DNA of 63,714 nt, filler included, from Rhabdomonas costata (lineage: Eukaryota), in the NCBI GenBank assembly GCA_019059605.1. It is 23 parts of 23 records of this genome, joined end to end, with 100 filler letters (N's around TTAATTAATTAA, not from the genome) between each part and the next. Parts side by side here need not be neighbours in the genome. Positions count along the whole stretch, not along the records: positions 61,046 to 63,714 come from JAHMHO010002413.1; 22 more parts are not named here. One strand, written 5' to 3'. Position numbers and translations under genes: made by a program. The notes below the pieces were generated by a model, which saw only the letters and a program-made list of their open reading frames with translations, ran no database searches and was not told where the DNA came from. Below, in pieces: positions 61,178 to 63,714 of the stretch; within the stretch, counting starts at the first letter, position 1; the number at the start of each line of letters is the position of its first letter.

Positions 61178-63326
61178 GCCCGGACCAGGCCACTGCGGAT
61201 TCCACGTGCGCCTCGCTGCTGGACGATCTGCAGAGCCCCCTTTCGCCCCTGCACCGCGCCATCTACGCGGACGCCTTCACGGGACCCCTGGTCACACCCT
61301 CCTCTTCCCCATCCTCTGAGGCGCTGGCCTGGCTGGGAATGCTCGGCCTACTTGCGTTGGTGCCCGTGGGCCTCGGGCTATGGTGGTGCGTCTGTGCGTG
61401 GGAGCTTGGGGGTCATGGAGTTGCTGAGTGGCTGAAGCGAAAGAGCGACTGGATCGCTAATGGGCTCTCAGATATGGATGTCAAACGGGCACTGTTGATT
61501 CGGGTGCACTGCTCCTATCAAATGTTTAGTGTAGTCGTTCACTTCATGTCTCCGCCCATCCAATGGAAGTGGGTTCTGCTGTTACTGAGGGAACCCACCT
61601 GCTTCCACACCAACACTCGCACACAGACACAAAAACCTTTGCAATAAGTTGCTGCTTTGGTTTACAACTGTGGGGGCTGCAGCTGCCCGCCCACCCTCTT
61701 TTTTCCGCTATCGTTGGGATGGGTCGGGGTTTCTCTCTCATGCTCGTTCAGGTTGTTTGCTTCGAAGACGCAGCGACGCAGAGCCTCTCCACCGCCACCA
61801 CCACTTCCACCTTCAATGCGGAACCCCTCACCCGTCATGGCTTTTCCAGAGGTCCCCGAAGATGAAGTCGACGAGTTCGGTGGTTAGTGCCCGTCGTGGT
61901 TGGTGCGGTCTCCTAAATTCGTTGAGGATGTGTTAGATCTGAACTTTTGCATCAGAAATTCTGTTTTCGTCCGTCCCATCTCCTATTGACATCCCCCCGC
62001 GGCATGGCACGGCCGCAGATAACTGGCGCGTGTGCAGGCGGCGGAAATTTGCCCGAAATTTGCGAACGCTGTCATGTATGCATTTCGTCTGAAGCTGCCC
62101 GCGAAAGAAATGAACCTCCTTCCTTGAGGAAAGGTGGCCGGTTTGGGCTTGTGGCGCCGCTTCAGGGTCTCCCGGGGTTCCCTATTCAAGCGTTGGATAA
62201 TTGTTTTCTAGGTCGAAGGTTATTGTAAGGTTTGTGCTTTTTTGTGTGGCAGGAGGCAGCCCGGTGGCCTTCGTGGAGACCTCCAGCATCCCCGGTACAC
62301 CTATTCCCACGCGAACCTCTCGCAGCTCAAGTGCTCCTACACCCACCCGCGTCGCTCACACCCTCACTCACACACCCTAACCAACAGGCCCTCTTCTGCC
62401 CACCTCTTACCCACTCTCCTTGTCCTTCATTTTTCGCACTCACCTCCCTTTGTGAGGACGCCATTCAAAGGTATGTACGTGTCGTAGCTTGGCGAGTTTG
62501 TTTGTTGAGGAAACCCCTTCCCCTTGCACGGGTCAAAGCCCTGTTAGAGCTGTTCTCCAAAAGGAGGTCTTTATAACTTGGGGCGTGTTTTGAAGCGAAT
62601 TATCTTTTGTTGCGGAATGTTTGCTGACGTGCCGTGTTTTGGTTTTTGATTTTTGTTCGAACATCTGCACAACTGTGTGCCATTGAGGAGGCGACATACA
62701 TGCAGTTGTCATGTGGTGTGCTCCCGATCGGGATGTCGGCCTTTTGTGTAAATACTTTTGTCTCTGACCTCCCGTGATTACAGACCTTATAATTATCTCA
62801 CTCACTTTCACACATTCCTTGTGCGGTGCGCCCATCTCTCCTCTCGGCTGTCCCGGGCGTCCTCAGGTGACTCGTCGATCGTGGTGGTGGTGCCGCCATC
62901 GCCCCGTTCCGGGGAACTACTTCCTTCCTCTCCGGACCTGTGTGTGCGCCAGGAGGTCCCGCCCTCGCCTTTCCGTGCCCCAACCTCAGCGGACTCCGCG
63001 ACCGCAGGTCTCTGTGAGCTCTGCTCACTTACTTTCTCTCTCTCCAGCCAAACTTTCACTTCGCAGTGCGGAAATGTCCAAGGGGTTCGCATGCTGACGC
63101 TACCATTTATGCTGAGATGTGCTCACCGACGATGTGCATCCAATCTGAGAATCCTTTTTGTTTCTTTGACCTCTGGGGAATCCCATCTCGTCCCCATCCC
63201 CACCCATTGTTATGTCATCCACCTCTTTCTCTCTCGTTCCCCCGCGCACACCACAGATGGGGTTCCCTTCGCCTCGGTCACCGTAGAGGCTTGCCTCTCC
63301 GGTGTCCCCTCGCCGTCATCCTTCAG
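61178..63326 (+). CDS. Single-pass membrane protein, C-terminal part with Pro/Ser-rich tail; exons 61178-61385, 61752-61882, 62253-62330, 62867-63007, 63257-~63326
   Basis: Four phase-consistent GT-AG introns. TM segment ALAWLGMLGLLALVPVGLGLWWLF is followed by basic KTQRRR and polyproline. No family recognised. Confidence 0.7.
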
Positions 63327-63610
63327 GTGGGAAAACGTGCTGCACGCGCCGCCCGCGTGGTCCAGAGCCTCCCCTGTGGAGGGACCCCGGGGTGTGTGTT
63401 TTTGCATGCTTTCAGGGGGAACGGGACTTGCTCCGGCGTTGTGGATACAGGCTCACCTCATCCCATCGTCACTGCATCATTCCTGTGAGTAAAGTAATTT
63501 TAGGAGCTGTTATTTCTTGGAGGTTCCGGATTGTCATGTGTAAATTTTTTGGGGACAAGATTGGAACCTCTCTCATGCAAGTGAACTCTATCCAAGTTTG
63601 CATACCAAAT

Positions 63611-63714
63611 AGCGCTCCAATGTGCTGCCACCACTCTTCCTCGAAAGCCACACAAACGTGCAGCGCTCCAATGTGCTGCCACCACTCTTCCTCGAAAGCC
63701 ACACAAACGTGCAG
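63611..63714. repeat. 51-bp tandem repeat (minisatellite); two exact copies plus the start of a third at the contig end
   Basis: 63611-63661 is identical to 63662-63712, with no spacer. Confidence 0.95.

Noticed and set aside
1-63714. Any multi-gene system or cluster spanning contigs (e.g. chitinase + sugar transporter + reductase)
   Set aside because: Neighbouring contigs appear ordered by length, not physical linkage.
1-63714. Most ORFs in the supplied six-frame track
   Set aside because: They are intronic or antisense read-throughs, use non-ATG starts, or run into N spacers; the real genes are spliced.

Overview
This window is not one locus. It is 23 unrelated contigs of about 2.67-2.70 kb, joined by identical artificial 100-nt spacers (N44-TTAATTAATTAA-N44). 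Gene neighbourhood across spacers is therefore meaningless. The DNA is from an intron-rich unicellular eukaryote: short GC-rich exons, introns of about 0.1-1 kb, and many (TG)n/(CA)n tracts. Contig ends made only of G/T and fold-backs at contig ends suggest whole-genome amplification. A euglenid-like source is plausible but is inference. Most contigs hold a few exons of one gene, which I spliced by hand with phase checks: a CPA1 Na+/H+ antiporter, PIF1 helicase, calcyphosin-like protein, APC4 tail, UBL+UBR-box protein, ARM-repeat, disintegrin-repeat, HMG-box, kelch, MAPK-like kinase, CCCH zinc-finger protein, saccharopine dehydrogenase, GH19 chitinase, MFS transporter, diflavin reductase, long-chain acyl-CoA ligase and two unknown proteins. 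Decayed retroelement fragments are also present. The most notable observations are: non-standard splicing (GC donors forced by reading frame, one intron with no AG acceptor, introns whose ends can base-pair); two horizontal-transfer candidates (an ascomycete-like quinate/sugar permease and a nematode-type GH19 chitinase with host-style introns); a UBL-UBR7-like domain fusion; and a putative mitochondrial HMG-box nucleoid protein. No rRNA, tRNA or CRISPR array is supported. Family assignments rest on recalled motifs, not on database searches.
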